Positions 25,251-38,334 are shown, counted from the first letter of the stretch. The stretch is 64,000 bases of DNA from Octopus sinensis (GCF_006345805.1 NC_043001.1:6758001-6822000), one strand, 5' to 3'. Program-made: numbers and translations. The notes: generated by a model from the sequence alone, not told the origin.

Positions 25251-26058
25251 TGACGTGAATAATAAAAAAAAAAGGTTCTTACTTAAGTAAGAAAGAAATT
25301 CATTAGCAACGCCCATTATCTGGACAAATTCACATCCAGTAGAAGAAAGCAACAAAACGTTTGCAGCGCACAGAAAATCACGAATCTGTGAACCTGAATC
25401 TACCGGTACAAACAGTACAATACATGCTAATAGCCACTTCATTAAAATTGACATTTAAGTGGTTCATAGAAAAATGTTAATGCTCCATGAGTTAAACTGA
25501 TCTACCTTGGGCTATTCTTCTCGAAATATCTACGACCTCTTGCTACAATGGCATGGCTGTTCTTCAATGACAAATAATTCATTTTAAATTCCATTAAATA
25601 CGTACCAAAGAAAAATGTAACTGCTTGCGGAATATAAAGATGGCTTTGATGTGAATAAATATCGAAATAAATGTAGCATTTAACTTTATTATTCTCGTTG
25701 AAATCAATAGAATTATGGAGAATATATGTTTACTCACGAAATAATGTTTTCTAAGTAACGTCATTTTATTAATCCCAAAATTATCAATAAATTTAACGAG
25801 TTCAACATAACACAGCTAATATTTTTCGGGAAGAAAGCCTCGTTTTCAATGTAGAAAAATAAATACACACGCACACATACGAACGATAACAGACATGCAA
25901 GTATACAATTATGAACGTACACGTAGGTGCATATACATACACGAAAGCAAACATATACACATACACATACACACACACACACGCACATAATTCATTGGTG
26001 AGTGTGCGTGAGTTTGCTATTCGTGACATGAATGTGCTTTATGAATATTTTGGAATAA

Positions 26059-26222
26059 TTCGTCTGTCTTTTCGTTCTGAGTTCAAATTCCACCGAGGTC
26101 GACTTTGCCTTTCATCCTTTCGGGGTCGATAAATTAGGTACCAGTTGCGTACTTGGTTCGATCTGATCGACTGACTCCCTCCCCGAAAGTTTCGGGCATT
26201 GTGTCTAGATTAGAAAAGAATA
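26059..26222 (+). mobile_element. SINE family C (5'-truncated)
   Basis: GAGTTCAAATTCCACCGAGGTCGACTTTGCCTTTCATCCTTTCGGGGTCGATAAATT. Confidence 0.85.
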
Positions 26223-26234
26223 TATATCTTATCT

Positions 26235-26615
26235 TCGATCTTTTAATTGTTTCAGTCATTAGACCAGGGCCAAGCTGGAGCACAGGCTTAAAGAGTTTTT
26301 GGTCAATTAATCGACCCCAGTAATTAGGTCTTCCAGCCTGCTTCTTATTCTATCAGTTCTATAGCTGGAACGCTAAGTTACGGGTATGCAAACGTACCGA
26401 CACCGGTTTTCAAATGGTGATATTGGACAAACACAGAAAATTAACACACGTGCACGCTCGTACATACGGGACAGGCTTCTTTCAACTTCAATCGAACAAG
26501 TCCACTTAAAAGGCTATGCCCGCCTCGAAGCTATAATAAAATACACTTGCTCAGGATTCCACCTAGGGAGAGTGAAACCGGTACCATACGGTCGGGGAGG
26601 AAAACGAGTAACTGA
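26235..26615 (-). mobile_element. SINE family A (decayed)
   Basis: Colinear with 962-1364. Confidence 0.68.
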
Positions 26616-26666
26616 CAATTGCGCATTGATACAATTACAAAGAAGCAGACCAGAACTGATAAACAC

Positions 26667-26969
26667 TGTTTGTTTGTTCCTTTTCGAGCCATGCCTGACT
26701 CATAAGGGCCGGTTTCTCGGTTTTCTTGGCGTATAGGCTCCCCATCTAGACGGGACGCCGGTCCGTCGCAGGTGGGCTGCAAGATGCAGGAGGAAAGAGT
26801 GTAAGTTGTGGCGAAAGTGACAGTAGAAGTTCGCCATTAACTTCTGCCAGAGCCGCGTGGAGCTTAGGCGTTTTACCGATGAACACACATATCGCCCGGT
26901 CTGAGATTCGAACCCGCGATCCCTCGACCACGAGTCCGCTGTTCTAACCACTAGGCCATGTGCCTCCAC
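26667..26969 (-). mobile_element. SINE family B, tail 1 (full length)
   Basis: tRNA-like head with A box (TGGCCTAGTGG) and B box (GGTTCGAATC); possible ATAAACA target duplication. Confidence 0.88.
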
Positions 26970-26984
26970 TATAAACAACTTCTC

Positions 26985-27190
26985 ACACTTTCTTCCTGCT
27001 TCTGTCGTACTTCTATTTTACATGGCCAGCCTTGTCACATTCTGTGTCATGCTGAATCTCTCCGAGAACTACGTTGAGTGCACACGCATCTTTGTAGTGC
27101 TCAGCCACTTGCACGTTAATTTCGCGAGCAGGCTGTTCCGTTGATCGGGTCAATTGGAAGCCACGTCGTCATAACTGAGGGAGTGTCGCG
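26985..27190 (+). mobile_element. SINE tail-2 module without head
   Basis: Matches 38900-39100 (GCTGAATCTC..GAGAACTACGTT...GAGCAGGCTGTTCCGTTGATCGG). Confidence 0.75.
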
Positions 27191-28759
27191 ATGTATAAAC
27201 GCATTCTTAAGCATATACATGTTTATGTGTGTCTGCCGCCACATTGAAATAAAATTCTTTTTTTATGGAATTTATTTTTATTAACTGTTTTAACATTAAC
27301 AACTGGTGTGATTCTACATTTAGAATCAAGTCGAATTTAAGTATTGTCTGTAGATTGCTTATGGGAATTTTTTCTGCTAGATTCATGCATCCACATTCAC
27401 ACTCACACAAACGCGCGTATATCTCCTTGCCAAGGGCGGCCCCACGGACTATGGTCTAAAATCGTTCTGCTGCGGCCCTACCTGGTATGACATGCCAGGT
27501 TCGGAAAATAAATTGCAACAGAATGCCGCTAGCTCCAATATAATTTCTAGCCAGTCAGTTTAGCATTGCCCTCTTCCGCTCGGATCAACCATCGAGTTCG
27601 GAGATCTAGATTCCTCCCTTTGATCTATAGTTGGCGGGGTGGGGGTCTTAATTTGGTGTGGTAAAGGACAAGGACAGCACTCCTGTGCCCTGGTTTGAAC
27701 AAATCTTGTTTTCAGTTCCCATGGGTGTCCTGAAGTTCTCCTCCAAATCCTGGAGTCTAAACCAAGAGGGGAGCCGGTTCAGTCGCCCACTATTCGACTA
27801 TGGCTGAGGGGAGCATGAATACGTGGTTCCTCGTTATCTTAAGGATGAGGCCTCAGCACCAGCCCTACAGTGCCCCAGTCTGTACTCTGCATGTATACAG
27901 AATCACATATTTTGTCTTTGCTTTATTTAATATATTCGATGTGTCTAATTTCTTAATCCCCACAATTGCTTTTACATATATGTGTTTATGTTTGTGTGTG
28001 TTTGTGTATGTGTGTGAATTCGTCTACAGACAGAGAAAAAGAAGAAAGAATACCATATATACATAAATACGACTATATAATTATTAGAAACACTAGAACA
28101 GTTCTTCGTTCATATTTGAAGGATCTCACAAAAAAATTCTTCGTTGATTCTAATAAAAATGCACCGAATGCTCTTAAAACGAGCAACTCATTTCTTCCTG
28201 ATATTATCATTGCAATCGTCTGTAAGACGAAAAAAGAAATTAATGATTATGATCTATACCTTGGTGTCTATAGTTGCATCACAAAGCAATATATTCATCC
28301 GTATATCTGTTCGAAGATAACAAGCATGCGTCTTCTAAAACACTGTTACGGCGTGACTACAAATGGCGTAAGATGTCTTTACGTTCCCTCGCTGCTAAGT
28401 TATACAAACTAATTTCAAATCGTGTTTTTGTCACTGATGAATGAACTGAAAATCAAATCAAACTCATGTTTTTTTTTCTTCTTCTTCTAGCAGGTTAGTT
28501 TGACACGGATATAAACATTTCCTCGAATCATCAACGAAACAACAAGAAGCAAATACATATTAGATCTGATATGAATATAGTGTGGAGTTTCAAAATCAGA
28601 GAGAACCGGTTGGGCGAAATTAACAGAATTTCTGTTAGGGAGAAATTAACATAAGGAGGTAGTGAATAACATGCAGCAGAAGAAATATGAGCAAATGAGG
28701 AACTTCATTCTAGACTTCTATTCTAGCGATCCCTACTTAAGTGTAGAGATCCTTTTGTG

Positions 28760-29460
28760 ACAGCCTGAGTCACAGTTTCTCTTTACAATGTAATGGAGAT
28801 TTTGATTCCTCATATTGAAAAGCATATTGAGGGAATACCTCTTCGCGGAGAGTTACTCTGTTCATAGAGATGACTTTCATGAAAATGTGATGATTATGCC
28901 TTGTCTCAAATAGCAATTTGAGTTGTGAGAAAACTTCGTGGTTTATGGTAGATACATAAATGAAGATTTTGCCAAACAAGGGCAACAATATGTCCCTCAG
29001 ATAAGGTGAGATTTTGGGAAACAACATTAAGTATGTTGGGTTTCTAATCAAAGTGTGTAAAGCATAAGGACTTTGCACTACTCAGTGTTATGATAGAGAT
29101 TCAGGTGATATGTGTTTTGATGTGCGGTGGTAGAATGTTTGAGATGTGGTTTATATTTAGCAACAATGACAGATTCATGTTGTATACGAAAGGAGTTGGC
29201 AAAGGATTCTAAAGAAGGTGCTGAGTAAGAAAAAAACCAACGCAGTCTTTGAGAACTGGACAGCGAGGTACAATATATAAAATATCGTTGATTATGTTTT
29301 GAGAAGTACTGATATTGTCTTAGGATTGGAAGCGTGGAACGTGGATGTGGAAATGTCATTTTTCTGAAATGTTTCTGTATAAGAATTGGGTTGGGAGGTT
29401 TTAATGACCTATTCGTCGAAATCTTATTTTCTGCACAGCTATATTTGTAAAGACATTCAA
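28760..29460 (-). mobile_element. Heavily decayed retroelement-like coding relic, possibly PLE N-terminal region
   Basis: Broken frames give NVVSQNLTLSEGHIVAL..., loosely like PLE N-termini. Weak. Confidence 0.2.
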
Positions 29461-29846
29461 GAAAACATCCATTTTGTTGTTGTATAGGAGGAAATGAAAA
29501 TTATTGGACGGACTATCTCTGACAGTGAGTATCTTCTTGCCGTTGAAAGGATTTAAATGTATATATTTTTTTTGCATTTAAAGAAAATTTTACGTCTTAT
29601 TCGGTTGCAAAGTTCCCTGGCATAGTTGATGTTTGTTTAAAATTTCCTGTATCAGTTATTAGCTACAGACTGGGTATGAGGACTGTATAGCAATTTGTGT
29701 ATCCTACGTAGGGTAGATAAACTGTAAAGAAAACATAAAACTGTGGTATTTGTCTTTAGAAAGCATCTCGCTCACCTGCATAGAAATATAATTTGTTGTA
29801 GTTAATTTTGTTTAGATTTTAGTAGTTTATATCACTTTAAAACTTT

Positions 29847-30170
29847 GTGGAGGAGCAATGGCCCAGTGGTTAGGGCAGCGGACTCCCGATCGTAGGATCG
29901 TGGTTTCGATTTCCAGATCGGGTGTTGTGAATGTTTATTTAGTGAACTCCGCTGTACTCTTTCACCACACATTTCTCTCACTCTTTCTTCCTGTTTCCGT
30001 TGTACCTGTATTTCAAAAGGCCAGCCTTTCCACTCTCTTTGTCACGCTGAATCTCCCCGAGAACTACGTTAAGAGTATACAAGTCTGTGGAGTACTCAAC
30101 CACTTGCACGTCAATTTCACGAGCAGGCTGTTCCGTTGATCGGATCAAATGGAACCGACGGATTGCAACG
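29847..30170 (+). mobile_element. SINE family B, tail 2 (internal deletion)
   Basis: Head GTGGAGGAGCAATGGCCCAGTGGTTAGGGCAGCGGACTC; colinear with 38718-39109. Confidence 0.85.
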
Positions 30171-30546
30171 ATAAAAGGTAACAGATACATGAATACTTCC
30201 TCCGTTCTAATAATCATATTAGTTTTCATAAGGCTCAAATTACACAAAAATTTAAATATAGCATTTAACATGGTGGCATACGTTTAACGAAGCCGAAACA
30301 CCTAGTATAATTCCTCAATGCGTAGAAATTACAAATAGTTATAATCGTGTAAAGAGTTAGGTGTGTATTGTTTATCCATATGTTAACATGGCATAGTGAA
30401 ATTGTAAAACTTTGTAAATATATGAAGAACATATAGTTTATTTATATTTATAAATTCAATTAGTAATATAATTGTTTCGAGCATTTATCAATTTATATTC
30501 TTGTTATTTCTCTTGACGTGCAGACATTCCTTTCAGTTATTAAGAA

Positions 30547-30941
30547 CTAGCGGTGTCGCCCGGTGTTGCTCGGGCTTGTAAGTGAAATAACTATATAAGC
30601 ATTTTTAGAGAGTTATAGCCTAAAAATAACAAAAAAATGCATTAAAAATGGAAAAAAAAATTACGGTAATTTTTTTTAAATCGTTGACTCATCGTAGACA
30701 TTTTTAGAGAGTTACTTCCCTTATATAATAGCGAAAAAATGCATTAAAATGGAAAAAAATGATGGCAATTTTTTTTTAATCGAAGACTCATCGTAGACGC
30801 GCGCTAATACCCAGAAGGGTTCGATATGAATCACGACTATAAGATACCCGGTTTTGGTTAAACTGCACCGCAAAATGTGGGAGTAGTTAGGAATCTAAAT
30901 CGTAGGAGACAGACACACAACTTCTCTTTTATATATAAAGA
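30547..30941 (-). mobile_element. Non-autonomous Helitron, complete (395 bp)
   Basis: Minus strand reads A|TCTTTATATATAAAAG ... GCCCGAGCAACACCGGGC (hairpin) GACACCG CTAG|T: TC start, subterminal hairpin, CTAG end, AT target, no TSD. Contains an internal ~99-bp tandem duplication (30601-30798). Confidence 0.9.
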
Positions 30942-31306
30942 TATGTAACTTGTAGCATATTTCCTTTATCAAAAGAAAAAAAGACGGGAAATGAAAGAAG
31001 GAATGAGGAAAAGAACAATGCTACTATAACATTATGTTCCCCGTAGTCTGAAGAGATGAGTCGAGAGGTCACTAACAGACAATCGTGAAAAATAGCCAAA
31101 CAGGTAATACATATATGATTCCTTTCTGTCATAGGACTCTGGCTGTGCCATGGCAACGCATTTGAGGATATCATCAATCAAATCAACGAAATGACTCATT
31201 TGGCCGGTACTTATTCTATCGGATATTTTGATGTACTGCTATGTCTTGACATATGTCGGGCTTCCGCACAACCCTTCAGCCGAATTCAATCAAAAGGCAT
31301 TGAGAG

Positions 31307-31530
31307 AAGGCGGTGAGCTGGCAGAAATGTTAAGCACGCTGGACAGAATGCTTAGCTGCATTTCGTCTGTCTTCTGTGTTCTGAGTTCAAATTCTGCCGA
31401 GTTCGACTTTGCTTTTCAATCTTTCGGGGTCGATAGATTAAGTACCAGTTGCGTACTGAAGTTGATCTACTCGATTTCCACTCCTCCCCAAAAATTTCGG
31501 GACTTGTGCCCGAAGTAGGAAAAAATGTTA
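31307..31530 (+). mobile_element. SINE family C (full length)
   Basis: Head GAAGGCGGTGAGCTGGCAGAA, B box GAGTTCAAATTC, core and tail present. Confidence 0.87.
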
Positions 31531-31724
31531 TTGGTGGGCCTGTAAGCAATAGCAGATGTCACAGTAGCCCACGGTGCAGGGCAGTGGAAGTTAATCTGAA
31601 ATTCCGTGGCTTGCAAAACTTGGAGCTTGACCTCGCAGCCATTGTGGATTAGCCAAAAGTCCCCAAATCCACAAAATAAACAGTAGAATATAAAAACTGA
31701 GTGAGAATTATTTAGAAACAAATG

Positions 31725-31923
31725 CAGTAGTACCTCGGTGTACGAACGCCTCTGATCGCGAATGAATCGCTCATAGAGATATATACTTTATATATATATA
31801 TTTATTTGTGATCAGAGGCGTTCGTACACCGAGGTACTACCGTATTAAATGAATATGAGAAAGACATGAGATAACGTAGGATTGATTCGTGATCAGAGTT
31901 GTTCCAAAACCGAGGTTCCGCTG
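31725..31923. mobile_element. pogo/Tigger-like MITE (31725-31842) plus an extra, older right TIR (31881-31923)
   Basis: TIR CAGTAGTACCTCGGTGTACGAACGCCTCTGATC is inverted at 31808-31842 and followed by TA. A diverged third TIR ends ...CCGAGGTTCCGCTG|TA. Confidence 0.8.
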
Positions 31924-32186
31924 TATTTAAGACACAACAGACCGACTAGAGCTCTGCCAATATCAAGGTACTCCGACGAATACTTTCATAATTTACATTC
32001 TATTTTATATTCAGAGAGAAGAAAAAAAAATGTGAAAATGTATTTGTGAATTACTGTATGATTACGAGGGCACGTGGCGGATATAAGTGCTACATGTATA
32101 TGCATATATACAGTACATAGATACAAATATGTGTATGTGAGTGCCTGCAAGTTTGTTTTTCTGCGATAATACACCTACACAACACA

Positions 32187-32230
<44 letters not shown>

Positions 32231-32560
32231 TGACAGAAATATAAGCAGTAGATGAAGTCATATTCCGAAATACAATAAAACTAACCAAGAAAAAGTAATA
32301 GCTCTAAAGAGAAGTAATCGATGACTGATCTCTATGAGCAAATTTAAATATTGTGTATACGTCTGGAAGGAGCAAATAATTTCAAGATAAATTGGCACCT
32401 AATTTATATTTTATCACTTCGCCTGTCACCGAGGTGGTTCTATTAATTAACTTATTCTCTCTACAATGTTGTAGATAAGGACGCCAAGTAAACACAATAA
32501 TAAGTTATCTCGTTCACTGCGTTCTGAAAAGGATATTTTAAACAAAATTATAATAATTTT

Positions 32561-32690
<130 letters not shown>

Positions 32691-33042
32691 TATAAGTGCA
32701 TAGATACATACTTGTCTGTGTGTAGGTATACATTCGACTAGCTGTATATTTACCTATGTATAGTTGCGAAAGTAAGCGTTTATCTCGATGAAATATGAAA
32801 TGAGGTTAGCTGTAATATTTTCTAGCGGAGAGACGTCGCAAAGTGACCTGTGTATTAAAAACAAAAAACTCGTCTCATTCAGGAAGTCGGCGGAATATCG
32901 TGAGGTACTGCGTTCCACACTATTTTAAAGTATTCTCTGAAATTCTTAGCTAAAAACGAGAAGTATTTCCTTTTTGGATGTGTATGTGTGTATATATCAT
33001 GAAACAAATTAACAAATTTAAAAAAAACATAGTAACTAATCA

Positions 33043-33180
33043 AAAATTATCTTAAGTAAAAGGCAACAACATAATCTAAAGAATCTATTAACAAAGGCAA
33101 AATTCAGCATGAACAAACAAGACGAAACGATCACAGTATACGAGTGTAATCATAACAGATGTGGAAAGTGTCAATACCTC
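33043..33180 (+). pseudogene. Penelope-like element fragment (RT to GIY-YIG linker with Zn-finger start)
   Basis: KIILSKRQQHNLKNLLTKAKF...ECNHNRCGKCQYL fits the SxRQPxNLKxLLxxAK..CxxxRCxxC linker of PLEs. Confidence 0.6.
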
Positions 33181-33930
33181 AACTACAAGAGAAACAGTTG
33201 TAAGATAATGGCACTAATGAAGTTCATGTCTTGTGTGGGACTTTTCGTGTGTGTATTTTCTTCAGAATAAAGCGTTAGTCGATTTCAAGCGCAGTGATGA
33301 AAAATTAGAATCACAAAGAAATACGATATTGAAATACGATATTGAATGCCTGTGCAACACCTATAGGAGAAACAGCTCATGTCTTGTGTGTGACCACTTG
33401 TATGTGTATTTGCATTTTGGACTCCTGCAACCACTTGACACTCGGTGTTGTTTCGTTTATGTTTTGTTTACGTTCCAGCAGTTCAATAAATAAAATAAGT
33501 AAAAATTTAAAAGGACAAATCTTATATAAATATATGTATTGACTTTTACCATTACATGTAAAGAATAAATCTTAATAGTACTTATTATTCAGTAGAAGTC
33601 GAAGTCGACCTTGGCGGAATTTGAACAATAGACGTAAAATCTTAGGAAAGGCCAATGACCATACTAACTGTCTTGCCAACTCAGTGTCTTCGTAGATAGA
33701 TATTAAGCTTCGTTTTCTATTGCCTTACAAGAATCATTAAATATTTAAATACAGAAATACAGAGTTCGTTTAGTAGAGTTTATATTTATTATCATTTTAG
33801 GAGAGACGACAATATTTACACAGTTTGTACTCATTCATATATATACATACATGCATCTGCATGTAAGAATAGCATAGACATACATTGAAAATAATACACA
33901 CACACACATACATACATACAAACACACAGA

Positions 33931-33989
<59 letters not shown>

Positions 33990-34147
33990 TATATATAATG
34001 TATATGTATGTATGTTTCTGTGTGTGTGATTATATCAGCCGCGTAAATGAATTATCCCGTGTGTATCTAACTAAACACAATATATCCTAAACTGATTGTT
34101 CATTAAATAATCACTGGTCATTCGTATACATAAATTGTAATAAATTC

Positions 34148-34200
34148 CTGATGAGTTAATGTAAACGTCACTAATTGATAATTGGAAACTTAAGCAAGGC
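34148..34200 (+). ncRNA. Degenerate HHR-like motif
   Basis: CTGATGA-30 nt-GAAA-CTTAAG(palindrome)-CA; the cleavage-site U is replaced by C and helix II pairs poorly. Reads toward (TA)n at about 34345-34398. Confidence 0.28.
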
Positions 34201-34365
34201 AATAACAGAGACTATCAACGTCTGCATCGCTTCAACATACCAAACTATGGGACAAAACATTTATTACCATCAACAGCAAACAATCTCTTTAAAATGTAAT
34301 TATTGCAGTAAATCCTGCTGTCTTAATTACTGAAGCTAATTACAATATATATGTATATGTATATA

Positions 34366-34399
<34 letters not shown>

Positions 34400-34709
34400 C
34401 TCAATATGATTATTTAAACTGAGCGCCGGTTATTGTTGAAGATTTCAAGCATTTTATTAATAAATTTTCTTTTCTTTCGTTCAGTGATTCGTATGCAGCT
34501 ACGCTGAGGCCTCACCTTGAAGAATTTTGGTCGAAGGAATCAACTCCGGTCCTTACTATAAAGTATAGTACCTATTTATTCGACCTTCTATCCGTACTGG
34601 TGAGGTAAGAGGAGGCAAAGACACGGACATTTGGCAAACGGTGGTGGGTGACACACAGACACATAAGGAACTTACTTATGCAGACATTGAAACATGTATA
34701 TGTACCCCC

Positions 34710-34748
<39 letters not shown>

Positions 34749-34750
<2 letters not shown>

Positions 34751-34847
34751 ACTTTTTCTATTCCTGAGCGTTCTACTAATACATCTATTTGATTTGTACA
34801 CCATCTGTCTTCGTCTTTTGTTTTTTTCGTAAACTCTCCCTATATAT
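34749..34847 (+). mobile_element. 3' tail of the 6490-6740 pLTR family
   Basis: Reverse complement of 6490-6585; starts directly after (TA)n and ends CTCTCCC-TATATAT. Confidence 0.7.
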
Positions 34848-34902
34848 CAGAAATACTATATTTCTAAATCTCTCGTAGAGACATGTACGGTGGTGGGGCG
34901 AT

Positions 34903-35103
34903 AGAATGGTTGTATACTGTCAATCTAACACGAACGTGACAGTAGGGGGTACGCACCGCTGTTTACCCCTAGGAAGCATCGACGCCTCCTGATGGCTTTG
35001 ACACATTTTTCGTGTGTCCTTATATACATTTATGAAGGGGAGACAGCGGTGGTGTACCCCCTACTGTCACGTTCGTGTTAGATTGACAGTATACAACCAT
35101 TCT
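34903..35103. mobile_element. MITE with perfect 50-bp terminal inverted repeats
   Basis: 34903-34952 is the exact reverse complement of 35054-35103, with further imperfect pairing inward (CACCGCTGT/ACAGCGGTG). Superfamily not determined. Confidence 0.85.
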
Positions 35104-35107
35104 CCCC

Positions 35108-35139
<32 letters not shown>

Positions 35140-35260
35140 TATATATATATACATATATATATTATGCATCTGAGCCAGTTGTTGAGTCCCACCCATGAGA
35201 GATCGATCTTAGTTGTGTCGAAATAATTATCGTCGTATATTCCATCTTCCATATGTAGAT

Positions 35261-35338
<78 letters not shown>

Positions 35339-35339
<1 letters not shown>

Positions 35340-35688
35340 ACTTAGATAACTTACATATCTTAGATTGGTTTCAGCCACCATAGGCCCAGGCCATGACTAA
35401 CTCAGTAATACCACTTGGATAAGTATTTAGTTAATTATTTCCGGGCACCGTGGACAACACAAGCATAGAGTTGTTGTTCGGTTGAGACATATCCGGGTGT
35501 AGATGGTTTATTCGGTATTACCTGAAGGAATTTGTCCTGGTTCCGTTTTAAAGTTCTACGGTCATTTTCTACTCCATAATGTTTCGGGATAACATTGAAA
35601 AGAACAGGACCATTTGCAGTGAAGAAATTGTATCGCATTGTTCTTATGTGATATGATCTCGACATTTGTAGGAGACGAATTGCAAGGG

Positions 35689-35691
<3 letters not shown>
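35339..35691 (-). mobile_element. CR1-clade LINE 3' fragment
   Basis: QDKFLQVIPNKPSTPGYVS matches the C-terminus of the 21552-23424 copy; tail TAAGTTATCTAAGTT. Confidence 0.85.
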
Positions 35692-35722
<31 letters not shown>

Positions 35723-35724
<2 letters not shown>

Positions 35725-36133
35725 CGCAGGTGTGGCTGTGTGGTAAGTAGCTTGTTTACCAACCACATGGTTCCGGGTTCAATCCCACTGCGTGGCACCT
35801 TGGTCAAATGTCTTCTACTATAGCCTCGGGCCGACCAAAGCCTTGTGAGTGGATTTGGTAGACGGAAACTGAAAGAAGCCCGTCGTATATATGTATATAT
35901 ATATTTGCGTGTATGTGTTTGTGTGTCTGTGTTTGTCCCCCTAGCATTGCTTGACAACCGATGCTGGTGTGTTAATGTCCCCGTTACTTAGCGGTTCGGC
36001 AAAAGAGACCGATAGAATAAGTACTGGGCTTACAAAAGAATAAGTCCCGGGGTCGAGTTGCTCGATTAAAGGCGATGCTCCAGCATGGCCGCAGTCAAAT
36101 GACTGAAACAAGTAAAAGAGTAAGAGTAAAGAG
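35723..36133 (+). mobile_element. SINE family A (full length, best preserved)
   Basis: A box TGGCTGTGTGG, B box GGTTCAATCCC, internal TA/TG tract, (GAGTAA)n tail; (TA)n on both sides. Confidence 0.92.
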
Positions 36134-36163
36134 TATATATATATATATATATATATATAATAT

Positions 36164-36306
36164 GCGTGGGGCTTCTTTCATTTTCCGTTTACCATATTCA
36201 CTCATAATACTTTGGGCGGCTCGATTTGAATAACAGAACCAGTGGGTCTGAACTCGGAACCACATGTCTGAGAAGCAGACTTATTACCACATAGCCACGT
36301 TTGCGC
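36164..36306 (-). mobile_element. SINE family A head (decayed)
   Basis: Ends TTACCACATAGCCACGTTTGCGCC. Confidence 0.65.
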
Positions 36307-37009
36307 CAAAATTTGTATTCTCAATGGTTTTGCAGCTGACGTGAGTCTTAGAGTATCGCAGTTTCGTTTTATTATTGCCGATTTATTTTCTCAATACGTC
36401 CAGGCACAATCGAATGTGAATATAATAAGCGCAGGTGTAATTCACTCAGAAGAGACTAGCTTCTTCTTTATGAAGAACATGCGTTCATAAAACATTACAT
36501 TTAAGTGTGAAGGGGATTCTGAGACACTTGAGACACTGGCAGTGTTATATTTCGTCAATAAGAATTCCTGCAGAGCAATGAATTTAATAAGATGCGACGA
36601 TCTTGTTTATAATTTAGGCGTAAATGTGTGTTTGTATATTCCATATTTGCTGCGCATATATAGAATATATATATACATACTTTTACACACACGCTCACGA
36701 ACACAAACACACACACACACACATACACACACACGAACATACAAGCACACACAGTTAATTAGATACACGAATATTTTCAAGTCATTGATTTTTTGATATT
36801 TTGTGTTTACTGTATTTTATTATTTATTTTACTGTCAATTTGGAACAATAACATTCCTAAACTAATATTCGATGATTCTAGACATTCAGTTTTAATTTCA
36901 AGACCTCATTATATATGACGCCTATATTTTACTTAAGTTCATGTTCAATTTATACTACACATGCACGAAACTTATTTTGTTACATGTTTTAAAATTTGAT
37001 ATATACATA

Positions 37010-37406
37010 TACTTTTCTTCTCTAGGCGCAAGGCCCGAAATTTTTGGGGCGTGGGCCAGTCGATTAGATCGACCACAAATGCAACTGCTACTTAATTTAT
37101 CGGCCCCGAAAGCATGAAAGGCAAAGACGACCTCGGCGGAATTTCAACTCAGAACGTAACGGCAGACGAAATACCTATTTCTTTACTATCCACAAAAGGC
37201 TAAACACAGAGGACAAACAAGGAAAGACAAACGGATTAAGTCGATTATATCGACCCCAGTGCGTAACTGGTACTTAATTTATCGACCCCGAAAGGATGAA
37301 AGGCGAAGTTGACCTCGGTGGAATTTGAACTCAGAACGTAAAGACAGACGAAATACCGCTAAGCACTTCGCCCGGCGTGCTAACGATTCTGCCAGCTCGC
37401 TGCCTT
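37010..37406 (-). mobile_element. SINE C dimer with the same linker as 16160-16900
   Basis: Cores at 37059 and 37240 are joined by TATTTCTTTACTATCCACAAAAGGCTAAACACAGAGGACAAACAAGGAAAGACAAACGGATTAA. Confidence 0.9.
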
Positions 37407-37419
37407 TGATATCCAGCAG

Positions 37420-38150
37420 TCAGATTTTCATTTGTTTCTCGTTCAGTAATATTTGACTCCCGGGTGTTGCTGTGGGCCGCATATCAGATTTTAGTGTGTG
37501 AGTTTGCGCGATGATTTTCTTAATGCATTGCAATGAATTCACCGCTTCCAGGATTTAAATTCTACAATCGTTGAACACATTTACAGGTATATAATTGTTT
37601 CTCTCTAACATATCTTCCTCTCCCACTTGTTTTGTGTCGTATGGCATCCAGTTGCGATGTCCCGATATAGCTCTATTCTCTAAGTGTATAAAGACAGTAC
37701 GACAGTGCTGTACTCATCAATGTAAAGCTCTATCCTTAAATTCTCAAATGCCGATGCATGTATTATATTGGTCATGAAAGGATGGTTTTGCAATTAAACG
37801 CTTGTGTTATGAAATTGATAAGGATGATCAGGTGATTTTGAACTCCATCATGAATTTAATTTTCTAAGTCAGGTATGATGCATTTTGTATTCCGTTTTAC
37901 GAGGTCTTCTAATATATATTCGTTATTTCGATTGCTTTTTATATGCGTTTGATGTATTTTATAGATTTTATGTGCGGTTAGTGTACGTCTATCAGGTGTA
38001 TTCTCAGAAATAGTTGTTGCACTTTACGTGTGTCTGTATTCTTAAATAGCTTTGTTTGCAAGTGTAGTAAAATATCCGTTGTTAATAGTCATTCAGTGTG
38101 TGTATATCTTTCCCTCTTTCCCTAATGTATTGTTTGGGAACGAGAATTCA
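37420..38150 (-). mobile_element. Possible heavily decayed PLE RT/GIY-YIG relic
   Basis: Frameshifted IIYL..C.....EAVNSLQC..NHRA resembles the GIY-YIG N-terminal strands. Weak. Confidence 0.22.
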
Positions 38151-38276
38151 AATACGCTTTTGTGGAGTGATTCATTGTCATGCGAGTACTCTGTTTCCAT
38201 ATATGTACGGGTATGTGTGTGTCTATGTGTGTGTGTAGATTATTCTCTGTGCAAATATACATACATAGATACATAC

Positions 38277-38334
<58 letters not shown>

